Source: a virus. Taken from it: 64,000 bases of DNA. Position numbers and translations under genes: made by a program. The stretch lies in the IMG/VR virus record IMGVR_UViG_3300040810_000656, positions 1-64,000 of that record; one strand, given 5' to 3'. Below the pieces are notes generated by a model. It saw nothing but the letters and a program-made list of their open reading frames with translations, was not told the DNA's origin and did not search any database. Positions 56,905-64,000 of this stretch are shown in pieces; the first letter of the stretch is position 1, and each line of letters opens with the position of its first letter.

Positions 56905-57789
56905 TTACCCCTTTTTAAAAGTATGTATCCCAGTATTATTCTCAGCCTTTGGAGGATCTGGAATATTCTCGTCTCCCAGCCAGCCCCAAGATTCTAAAGC
57001 TTCCATAATTTCTATATTAACATCATGGATAGTCATTTCTCTATTATCTATAACCCAATCAAATCCTCTATGTCGCCCCATCTGCTTTTCAGATTCATCA
57101 TTGTCTTTAAAAGGGTTGCGGCATAGATGTATTACCTTGCCTCCAGCCTTTTGAATGGCTTCAACTTCATTGACGAATCTACAATCATCAATCACAGCAA
57201 CTAAAGGTTGTTCTAAGGCGATTCTTTGCATGGTATTTTCTAGCCAAATATCATCATAAACTTTTCTACATAGGCCAGTTCCAAACCATTGCAGAAATTC
57301 ACGATGGGTAAGCTTTCCAGGTTCATGGTATATAAGTGTGCCATCTTCTATAAGTTTCTTTATTACTGTGCTTTTTAAGGCGTTTTGGTCAGTAACAACT
57401 CCAGGCATGTCTTCCCATCTATAGTGTGTATTTGTATTCTTCTGAGCATTGTTGCCATAAATACCTTCACGCTTTAAATTAAAAAGATTGGCGGCAATTT
57501 CTTTTAACACCGAGGCAAAAGAATACATCTTAACATAGGGCCACATATTATATCCCGCCCATTCTGCAAACTCAGGGTCTATTCTGTTAATGTCTAGAAA
57601 TACACCAGAACCATCAGATTCATTTCCGTTGCTATCTCTAATCACAGTACTAACAGTCAGTCTACCGTCTTCAAGAATTGCAAAGTCGCTAATAATATTA
57701 TTAGCACGAAGTTGATAACCATGAATAAAATTAGCGGCAGTAGTCTTGCCAGCCTGTTTAGTGCCAGCAAAGGCTAGAATTCTAGTCAT
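56905..57789 (-). CDS. deoxynucleoside monophosphate kinase (T4 gp1-like)
   Basis: FAGTKQAGKTT, SFASVLKE, REFLQWFGT, DDCRFVNE. Confidence 0.85.
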   Translation of the reverse strand: MTRILAFAGTKQAGKTTAANFIHGYQLRANNIISDFAILEDGRLTVSTVIRDSNGNESDGSGVFLDINRIDPEFAEWAGYNMWPYVKMYSFASVLKEIAANLFNLKREGIYGNNAQKNTNTHYRWEDMPGVVTDQNALKSTVIKKLIEDGTLIYHEPGKLTHREFLQWFGTGLCRKVYDDIWLENTMQRIALEQPLVAVIDDCRFVNEVEAIQKAGGKVIHLCRNPFKDNDESEKQMGRHRGFDWVIDNREMTIHDVNIEIMEALESWGWLGDENIPDPPKAENNTGIHTFKKG

Positions 57790-58816
57790 TAATAAGTCCT
57801 TTCAATTGAGGTTCTAGTTCTGATTTGACTTGATCGACAGGCATGTCGCCAACATCTTTAGTTGTAATAATAGGACGATAGTAAGAAAACCTTCGCCCGC
57901 ATCGTTTAATGATTTGCTGATAAGCTTTTTGACCAGCTTCATCTGAGTCTGTAAGTATGATGACATTCATCACTCCCGATTCTTCAAGTATAACTAGCTG
58001 CTCTTCACCAATGCTACATCCAAAAATACCAACAGTTTGAGTGTAGCCAGCTTCGTGCATTCTCCAAACATCGCCTTGTCCTTCAACAAGGATAACAGAA
58101 TGAGTATCTTTCATAGTGTTATATGCATGATGTATCCCATAAAACACATTTCTCTTAAATCCCTTACTATATAACCATTTTGGTTTTATTTCTTCGTTAG
58201 TGGCACGACCAGCACATCCAACATAGTTAAAGAATTGATCATATATTGGTGCAACTGCACGACCGCTCATTTGTTTACCAGTTTCGGAAGATAAGCCTAC
58301 GTCAAAATGGTTAAGAATTTCTGATGACCATCCACGTTTAATAAAATATTCTGCTGGTATAGAGAGTCTTGATCTCACTTGCTCTCTTGATGGCCCACCT
58401 TCTTGAGGTTGTGTTTTCTTGCTAAACACATCAAGAGGATCAAAAATATTTACTGGCGTACTTGATATGTCGCAATTATCACCAATCAACGACATACAAA
58501 AACGTTCTGTCTCATCAAGCGACACATTTCTATGCTTACGATAGGACAATACTCCACGAACAAAACCAAATAAACTATTTGTCCATTCTTGCTCGCATTG
58601 ATGCGTCCAACATCTCCAGTTACCTCTTATAGAGTCTCCGTCAGTAAATATGGTACAGGCATTTTCATTATCTCCCCCATGTACTGGACAAGCACAGGAA
58701 AGACGATTAGGATGCTCAACATATTCTATGTTAAGCTTTTCCATCAGTCGCGTTAGATTTGGTTGCTCTGCTAGATTATTACAGATCTGATAGATCTGAT
58801 TCTGCGTCAATGTCAT
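57782..58816 (-). CDS. dnaG: DNA primase (CHC2 zinc finger + Toprim)
   Basis: CPVHGGDN..WRCWTHQC, GCAGR, LVEGQGD, DSDEAG, KDVGDM. Confidence 0.9.
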   Translation of the reverse strand: MTLTQNQIYQICNNLAEQPNLTRLMEKLNIEYVEHPNRLSCACPVHGGDNENACTIFTDGDSIRGNWRCWTHQCEQEWTNSLFGFVRGVLSYRKHRNVSLDETERFCMSLIGDNCDISSTPVNIFDPLDVFSKKTQPQEGGPSREQVRSRLSIPAEYFIKRGWSSEILNHFDVGLSSETGKQMSGRAVAPIYDQFFNYVGCAGRATNEEIKPKWLYSKGFKRNVFYGIHHAYNTMKDTHSVILVEGQGDVWRMHEAGYTQTVGIFGCSIGEEQLVILEESGVMNVIILTDSDEAGQKAYQQIIKRCGRRFSYYRPIITTKDVGDMPVDQVKSELEPQLKGLIND

Positions 58817-60239
58817 CTTCTATTTCAAATCCTTCTTGGTTTGCTTGTTGAGGATCGTGGATCTGATTTCGAGTACGGCTTTCCTCAATTTTCCCAATCG
58901 AACCATACATTTTAATGCTAATATAGTCACCGTCATCAAGACCAGAACCATGACGAGCAACAACGGGTACAAGTTTTCTGTTTCCATATTGAGCGGTATC
59001 CTCTGCTATTTCTTCTTCTGATTTCATTTTAAAGATAGTAAAACTAGTGCAAAGCCATATTAATCTATCTGAGCCAGAAACAACATCTGTAGACTCTTTA
59101 GTTATACCATCACGATTTAACTGAACAAAACTTAAACAAGGAACGTCATATTTTACGCAAAAATTATGCAGCTTAGTTATCTGAAATCCCAGGACTTGGT
59201 ATTCCTGCATAGAAGCAGAAATGCCCTCTGAACCCATAAGCTTTAAATAGTCATAAACTATTAGGCAGTCTTTAGTTCTGCCATTCTCGTCAAAACCAAC
59301 GTGCTGATAAATCCATTTTCGCATAATAGCAAGAATGTTTTCAAATGACTGACCAGCAATGCTAATATAGTGATAAGGAATACTTTTTAATTCCTCCACC
59401 GCTTTCATTACTTTTTCTCGATCAATTGCGTTTTCAGAAAATTTACCACTAGATATTTTATTGATCTCTACGCCACTAATAGACGCAAGCATTCTATTAT
59501 AATGATCGTCTTTGCTCATTTCGGTGTCCAGCATTAACACAGGAATGTTATGCTCTTTAGAAACATGAACAGCGACAGCATCGCCAAACATAGACTTACC
59601 AGTTTTTGGGCGAGCGGCAATAAGATCTACAGATTTTCTACGCAGTCCTCCACCAATAGATAAATCAAAATGTGGAAACCCACTTGGAATACCAACATAG
59701 TCTGTTGGGTTCTCACAAAGAAACTCTATATATTCTTCAAGACCGTCCCCAAGCATTTCAGTTGTTTTATTAGAAGACTGATAAAGAGTGCCAGTTGCGT
59801 CTAGAATGGGTTCTTCAACCTTGCCAATTATATCCATTAAGTCTTCGTCGCCAGATACATTCTGTATGTCTTCAGCACATGCTGTAAGAGTTTTACCTAA
59901 ATCTCTAGCTAGTTTCAGTTTTGTTATTTTAGACGCATGAATAGAAACATTTTCTTTATGTATTGGAAAATTAAAAAGAGAACGTACAAATCCAATCTCA
60001 CGCTTGTTGTGAATCTTTTCATAAACGCCAAGCTCGCTAGCAGTTGATAAAATAGAAGTTAGATCAACTTTGGCATTTTGGTTTATAATTCTAGAAATGC
60101 ATGTATAAAGAATTTGATTCATGCTATCAGTAAAATGATCAGCATCTACGAAATCCATTTCTAGATACGCATCTAGTCCGAACTGGCATAGTCCAGCCAG
60201 TACGGCTCGTTCTGAAGCATGATTCTCTAATTTACTCAT
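58779..60239 (-). CDS. dnaB: replicative DNA helicase
   Basis: SERAVLAG, GIPSGF, AARPKTGKS, DTEM, YDYLKL, QLNR, ARHG. Confidence 0.93.
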   Translation of the reverse strand: MSKLENHASERAVLAGLCQFGLDAYLEMDFVDADHFTDSMNQILYTCISRIINQNAKVDLTSILSTASELGVYEKIHNKREIGFVRSLFNFPIHKENVSIHASKITKLKLARDLGKTLTACAEDIQNVSGDEDLMDIIGKVEEPILDATGTLYQSSNKTTEMLGDGLEEYIEFLCENPTDYVGIPSGFPHFDLSIGGGLRRKSVDLIAARPKTGKSMFGDAVAVHVSKEHNIPVLMLDTEMSKDDHYNRMLASISGVEINKISSGKFSENAIDREKVMKAVEELKSIPYHYISIAGQSFENILAIMRKWIYQHVGFDENGRTKDCLIVYDYLKLMGSEGISASMQEYQVLGFQITKLHNFCVKYDVPCLSFVQLNRDGITKESTDVVSGSDRLIWLCTSFTIFKMKSEEEIAEDTAQYGNRKLVPVVARHGSGLDDGDYISIKMYGSIGKIEESRTRNQIHDPQQANQEGFEIEDDIDAESDLSDL

Positions 60240-60673
60240 CGTCTAATACATCCATCGCAGACAAACCATTCACGTTTATGGCTCGGGTGGGTTTTTACTG
60301 TTCTACTGCATTTTTGGCATTTTTGCTCAATCATTTTGAATGGCTTTCTTTTTCGTTCTGCAAGAGAAACTTCTGGAGTTTCAATGTTCTTATCAGATCC
60401 ATCGTCATAAAATTTGATTTCTCTCTGGATTTTATTTACAGCAATTCCATTTTTTTTAGAGTTATCGTCTTCTGTACGCATTTTAAATAAAGAAAAGTCT
60501 TCATGATCTTTTTTCTTCTGCGGTGGATCTTTTTTTGGCTGTGGAACAACTGCTTTTTCTACAGAGTTACCTGTGTTTTCTTCCAATAGCTCATTTGCTA
60601 GCATTATAAGCTCATCATCTCCTGTGTCAATAGCAAGTTTGATTAGCTTCTTAGCTTGTTTTATTTTATCCAT
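60236..60673 (-). CDS. hypothetical protein with C-terminal zinc ribbon
   Basis: KCQKC...VCDGC. Confidence 0.7.
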   Translation of the reverse strand: MDKIKQAKKLIKLAIDTGDDELIMLANELLEENTGNSVEKAVVPQPKKDPPQKKKDHEDFSLFKMRTEDDNSKKNGIAVNKIQREIKFYDDGSDKNIETPEVSLAERKRKPFKMIEQKCQKCSRTVKTHPSHKREWFVCDGCIRR

Positions 60674-61134
60674 TATCTTCTCCTAGATAAGTTGAGTAAT
60701 ATTTCTGATAGTTTTTTAGTATTTTCAATAGAGTGCTCAACAGAAGTTATACGAGCTTGGGCATTTATTTTTACTTTTGTCATCTCCTTAGCAATCGGAT
60801 TTTCTTTGATTGCACTGTAATATTTTTCTTGCCACTTAGCATATTGACCGCCATAATTGTTTAGCTTATCCGATATCATATACCATATGCCATCATCTGC
60901 CCACTCTAGTGCCATTTTCTCTTTCGCTAAAACATTCTGCAAATATTCTGCATATGCAGTAAGACAATAAGCTCCTATGTTGCATTCCTCGCTTGACAAT
61001 CTTTTCAGTTGTGCAATATCAAGATTAAGATATTTTTCTACTTCTTCATTGCGTTCGATTTTTAGTCTACCAACACCCTGAATCCAGTTTTCAATATCTT
61101 CTACAAATTTATTGAATCTTTCTTCGCCATTCAT
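60673..61134 (-). CDS. hypothetical helical protein (possible recombination mediator)
   Basis: Start MNGEERF; coiled-coil character; between RecA and DnaB. Confidence 0.55.
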   Translation of the reverse strand: MNGEERFNKFVEDIENWIQGVGRLKIERNEEVEKYLNLDIAQLKRLSSEECNIGAYCLTAYAEYLQNVLAKEKMALEWADDGIWYMISDKLNNYGGQYAKWQEKYYSAIKENPIAKEMTKVKINAQARITSVEHSIENTKKLSEILLNLSRRR

Positions 61135-61516
61135 CAATATCCTCATTATAGTTTAATTCTATCAAGTCTATATCATTAATCCTACACCACTCTCTTTTAT
61201 CATTATCTCTTGCTTTGGCCTGATAAAACTCAAGCTTAGTCTTAAAGAAAAAAGTATTAAACTTATAGTGCTGTTCTCCATGAACTTCTACCATAATCTT
61301 TCTATTTGGTAAAAACAAGTCAGCACGAAGAACGGTTTTTCGGAATTCGCTTTTACTTCCTGGCAGCGACAACTCTTCAAGAATTCTATCAAAAGGATAA
61401 ATTTCTTTAAGTAATGCTCTTGCCTTTAAATGTAGTTTTGATTTTTTTTTGCTGGAAGACTGTGAAGACGTTGGATTCCAAGAGTAAGTTTTTTCATCAA
61501 GCCCTATGATTTTCAT
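61109..61516 (-). CDS. Vsr/DUF559-like endonuclease
   Basis: LRADLFLP, MVEVHGEQHY, RDNDKREWC. Confidence 0.75.
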   Translation of the reverse strand: MKIIGLDEKTYSWNPTSSQSSSKKKSKLHLKARALLKEIYPFDRILEELSLPGSKSEFRKTVLRADLFLPNRKIMVEVHGEQHYKFNTFFFKTKLEFYQAKARDNDKREWCRINDIDLIELNYNEDIDEWRRKIQ

Positions 61517-62586
61517 AGTGCCTCCTTAATCTTATCCTCCATAAACTTAGCGAGCTTTGGATTTTCATTAAAAAAGTTATATAGGTTTTCCATTCCTTGA
61601 AATTTAAATCCTTTGAGTATTGATTCTGTATTTTCAGTGTCTATATCTGGATTAATCTCTTTAGCCATTTCTGGAAAATCAGCAAGAAACGAACATGTCA
61701 ACCAAGCACCAGCTTTGTCAATAAACCCAAGCTCTACAGCAAGACTAAGTACTTCTTGAACTTTATCAATGCCATGACCATACCTTATATAGCTTTGCAC
61801 ATTGCCTCCAGGTGGCCCCATAGAAGAACAAATAATCTTCCAGTTCACAACTTGACCAATTCTATTTTTGTTTGAGTCTATCCAAGGACTAACTGCTGAA
61901 ACCTTTTCTCCACCTCCAGCAATCTCCATTCTAGTATCTGCTTGATATTGAATTTTATTGCCGCCATCTGCCATCTTGGCTTTGCCAAAACCAGAAGTAT
62001 TAGCGATGTAATGAGTAATAGCGATAACTAAGCCACGCTGACGAGGTAATAATTGGCCCATCTTTTTTGTGAACACAGACAAAATCTTAGGAAGTCCCGC
62101 ACGACCAGGACTCATATCTCCATCTAATTCTTTAGATGGGGTAAGTGAGGATATTGAATCAATCACAAGAATACCTCTATAATAATCTGGATGACTCATC
62201 ATCTTGTATGCAACTTCTAAAAAATACTCTGCCGATAGAGGCTCATCATCTGGATGCACAATCTTCATTTTAGACGGATTAAGACTTGCAACGCCAAAGT
62301 TCATTTCTTTCAGTCTTCCTTCAACGTCTAGATAAATAATAGGGCGATTTTCAGCTTGGCAATTTGCTATAATTTGCATACTGGTAGTAGTCTTGCCAGA
62401 TTTTGGATCTCCAGTAAGAGTGACCCAGCTTCCTTCTTTAATGCCACCACCTAGAGCTATGTCAATAGCTGGACTAACAGATATAACATCATAGTTCTTT
62501 TTATCTTGCAATACTTTGTCGCCGTCAGAAATGATATTGCCATATTCTTTCATTAGCTTGCTCAAATAGTCATCATTCTTTGCCAT
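61513..62586 (-). CDS. recA: RecA/UvsX recombinase
   Basis: IDIALGGGI, GDPKSGKTT, YLDVE, VIDSISSL, GGNKIQY, KAGAW. Confidence 0.93.
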   Translation of the reverse strand: MAKNDDYLSKLMKEYGNIISDGDKVLQDKKNYDVISVSPAIDIALGGGIKEGSWVTLTGDPKSGKTTTSMQIIANCQAENRPIIYLDVEGRLKEMNFGVASLNPSKMKIVHPDDEPLSAEYFLEVAYKMMSHPDYYRGILVIDSISSLTPSKELDGDMSPGRAGLPKILSVFTKKMGQLLPRQRGLVIAITHYIANTSGFGKAKMADGGNKIQYQADTRMEIAGGGEKVSAVSPWIDSNKNRIGQVVNWKIICSSMGPPGGNVQSYIRYGHGIDKVQEVLSLAVELGFIDKAGAWLTCSFLADFPEMAKEINPDIDTENTESILKGFKFQGMENLYNFFNENPKLAKFMEDKIKEAL

Positions 62587-63052
62587 TGTCTGCTTTCCTC
62601 AATTTAGATAGTAATGAATTTCTTGCGGGTCTATTTGTTCTTGGTCTAAACACCATATTATCAGCCTCAATAACCTTTTTGGCCTTCTTTGCTTCTTCTT
62701 CAATTATTTTCTTAGACTTTTCTAGCCCTTCCTTTACAAACTTATTAAGTATGATAAATTTCTTATTCTTATTAAGATAGCCCAAAGAGTATGTACGCTT
62801 ACCATTTGGGCTTTTTAAGTAATGAAGCAAAGCTTTTTCGCCATAGCGTTTTATGGCCGTGTTGGCGGCACGAATTTGTGTTTGATATTCATCCTTCTGG
62901 GCCTTGTTCCAGAACTTGAAAGCAAGACTACCATTGTTCTCACGCTCTCTTCTTCTCATGCAAACCATTTCAGCCACATATTGTGCGGCAGTACATGGCT
63001 CACCCGTTGAGTAGCTTTTGAACCGTTTCGTGTTGTCTTTTTTTTGATCCAT
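62573..63052 (-). CDS. hypothetical basic protein
   Basis: 159-aa Lys/Arg-rich ORF overlapping both neighbours. Confidence 0.7.
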   Translation of the reverse strand: MDQKKDNTKRFKSYSTGEPCTAAQYVAEMVCMRRRERENNGSLAFKFWNKAQKDEYQTQIRAANTAIKRYGEKALLHYLKSPNGKRTYSLGYLNKNKKFIILNKFVKEGLEKSKKIIEEEAKKAKKVIEADNMVFRPRTNRPARNSLLSKLRKADNGKE

Positions 63053-63506
63053 TCTTAAATATCATATTCTCAAGATTTTCTTTTGTCAATACCCTGGTGC
63101 TATGTCGTCGTTCAAAATCAGAAATAGGCCAAGTATATTTACCAACATCAATACACGAACAATCGTCACGTAAAAGTCCTACTGTTAAGGTTTGATAAGA
63201 TTGTGAGTGGCTGCCATCCATTGCTTGGTCTTTAGCCACGCCACGCATTATAAGCAGTCCATCAAGTCCATTTGGGTCTTCAAAAAAAACCTCGCTAGGA
63301 GCACCAAACATATGTAAGCTTACCTTAACAGGCCACACATCATTTTCTTTGCAGTAATTTTTTAGTCTTAGAATAGGATTTTCAAATCCCGGTCTATCAT
63401 AATCTCCATATACAGTTGTTCCATCTGTAAGAACTACTTCCCAGCTTATGTATAGCTTATTATAGCAAAGATCTTGTAGATAAGAATCAATTGTAGTGCA
63501 TATCAT
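63000..63506 (-). CDS. hypothetical protein
   Basis: 168-aa ORF in the operon. Confidence 0.7.
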   Translation of the reverse strand: MICTTIDSYLQDLCYNKLYISWEVVLTDGTTVYGDYDRPGFENPILRLKNYCKENDVWPVKVSLHMFGAPSEVFFEDPNGLDGLLIMRGVAKDQAMDGSHSQSYQTLTVGLLRDDCSCIDVGKYTWPISDFERRHSTRVLTKENLENMIFKNGSKKRQHETVQKLLNG

Positions 63507-63508
63507 AT

Positions 63509-63817
63509 TTAATCCCTAATTTTATGAATAGAGTTTCTATATTTACGTGTTTCGTATACATTTTTTGCTTTCGTTCTATCATCTGATGAAATAGAAGCAT
63601 TTTCTGTCATGGCAACAACACCATATTTTTTGTTACGTGCATACAAATTCATGGTGCTGGTTTCTTCCTGACTTTTTTCTGGCGTAGCTAAGGTTGTGCG
63701 ATACTGACCTATAGAACTCTCAGAGCGATCTAACTTATCAGATAGCTCCGCATTAGATAAATTAAGATTATCTTCAATGAATTCTTTGTCCTTGTTTGAT
63801 AGCGGTCCCTTTCTCAT
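63509..63817 (-). CDS. small HTH-like protein
   Basis: Start MRKGPLS (63817) behind AAGGAG; LSNAELSDKLDRSESSI HTH-like segment. Confidence 0.6.
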   Translation of the reverse strand: MRKGPLSNKDKEFIEDNLNLSNAELSDKLDRSESSIGQYRTTLATPEKSQEETSTMNLYARNKKYGVVAMTENASISSDDRTKAKNVYETRKYRNSIHKIRD

Positions 63818-63829
63818 TAGCAATCTCCT

Positions 63830-64000
63830 TTACATTAAGTTACGTCTAGCTCTTGTAAAATAAAGAGTATTTTTTGTTTCTAGAAATTTTTTGTAATTTT
63901 TAAAAGTGTCTGAAGTTACCTTTTTAAAAGTTGCAAGTCTTTTGGCAAGCGATGTAGTCATAGAAACATTATGGGGGTCTGCTAATTCCCCACGACTATA
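63830..64000 (-). CDS. 3' part of a gene truncated by the window edge
   Basis: Open frame YSRGELADPH...YFTRARRNLM* ending next to the RBS of the following gene. Confidence 0.65.
   Translation of the reverse strand, partial: YSRGELADPHNVSMTTSLAKRLATFKKVTSDTFKNYKKFLETKNTLYFTRARRNLM

Noticed and set aside
1-64000. Stop-codon reassignment as seen in some large phages
   Set aside because: Genes are full length under code 11; TAA, TAG and TGA all end genes at tight junctions
1-64000. tRNA, rRNA, integrase or IS elements
   Set aside because: Intergenic gaps are almost all under ~120 bp and none shows a cloverleaf; no recombinase or transposase motifs in the ORFs

Overview
64 kb of a large tailed dsDNA bacteriophage genome (Caudoviricetes, probably jumbo-sized, standard genetic code, AT-rich). 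Two gene-dense blocks converge on a bidirectional intrinsic terminator at ~33.95 kb. The + strand block (1-33.9 kb) is a late/virion module: fibre-like proteins, a UDP-galactopyranose mutase (glf) beside a DUF4422/GT111-like putative Galf transferase, head-tail joining genes, major tail tube, two paralogous tail chaperones, a 2031-aa tape measure protein and large tail-tip proteins. No sheath, capsid, portal or terminase gene is recognisable here. The - strand block (64-34 kb) is an essentially gap-free replication/recombination operon (RecA, DnaB, DnaG, dNMP kinase, Cas4/AddB-like nuclease, DnaE, DnaQ, SSB) that runs directly into about 17 glycan-biosynthesis genes. Most notable: (1) an intein-less split DNA polymerase III alpha with the proofreading exonuclease gene between the halves; (2) a very large phage glycosylation apparatus coupled to the replisome genes, plus a separate Galf donor/transferase pair in the virion module; (3) a tape measure protein with repeated FAxGG...DTVPAxLxPGEFV motifs flanking a PD-(D/E)XK-like cargo domain; (4) a recurrent TGTGTATA candidate late promoter. 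All family assignments come from motif recognition by eye; no database searches were run and the host is unknown.
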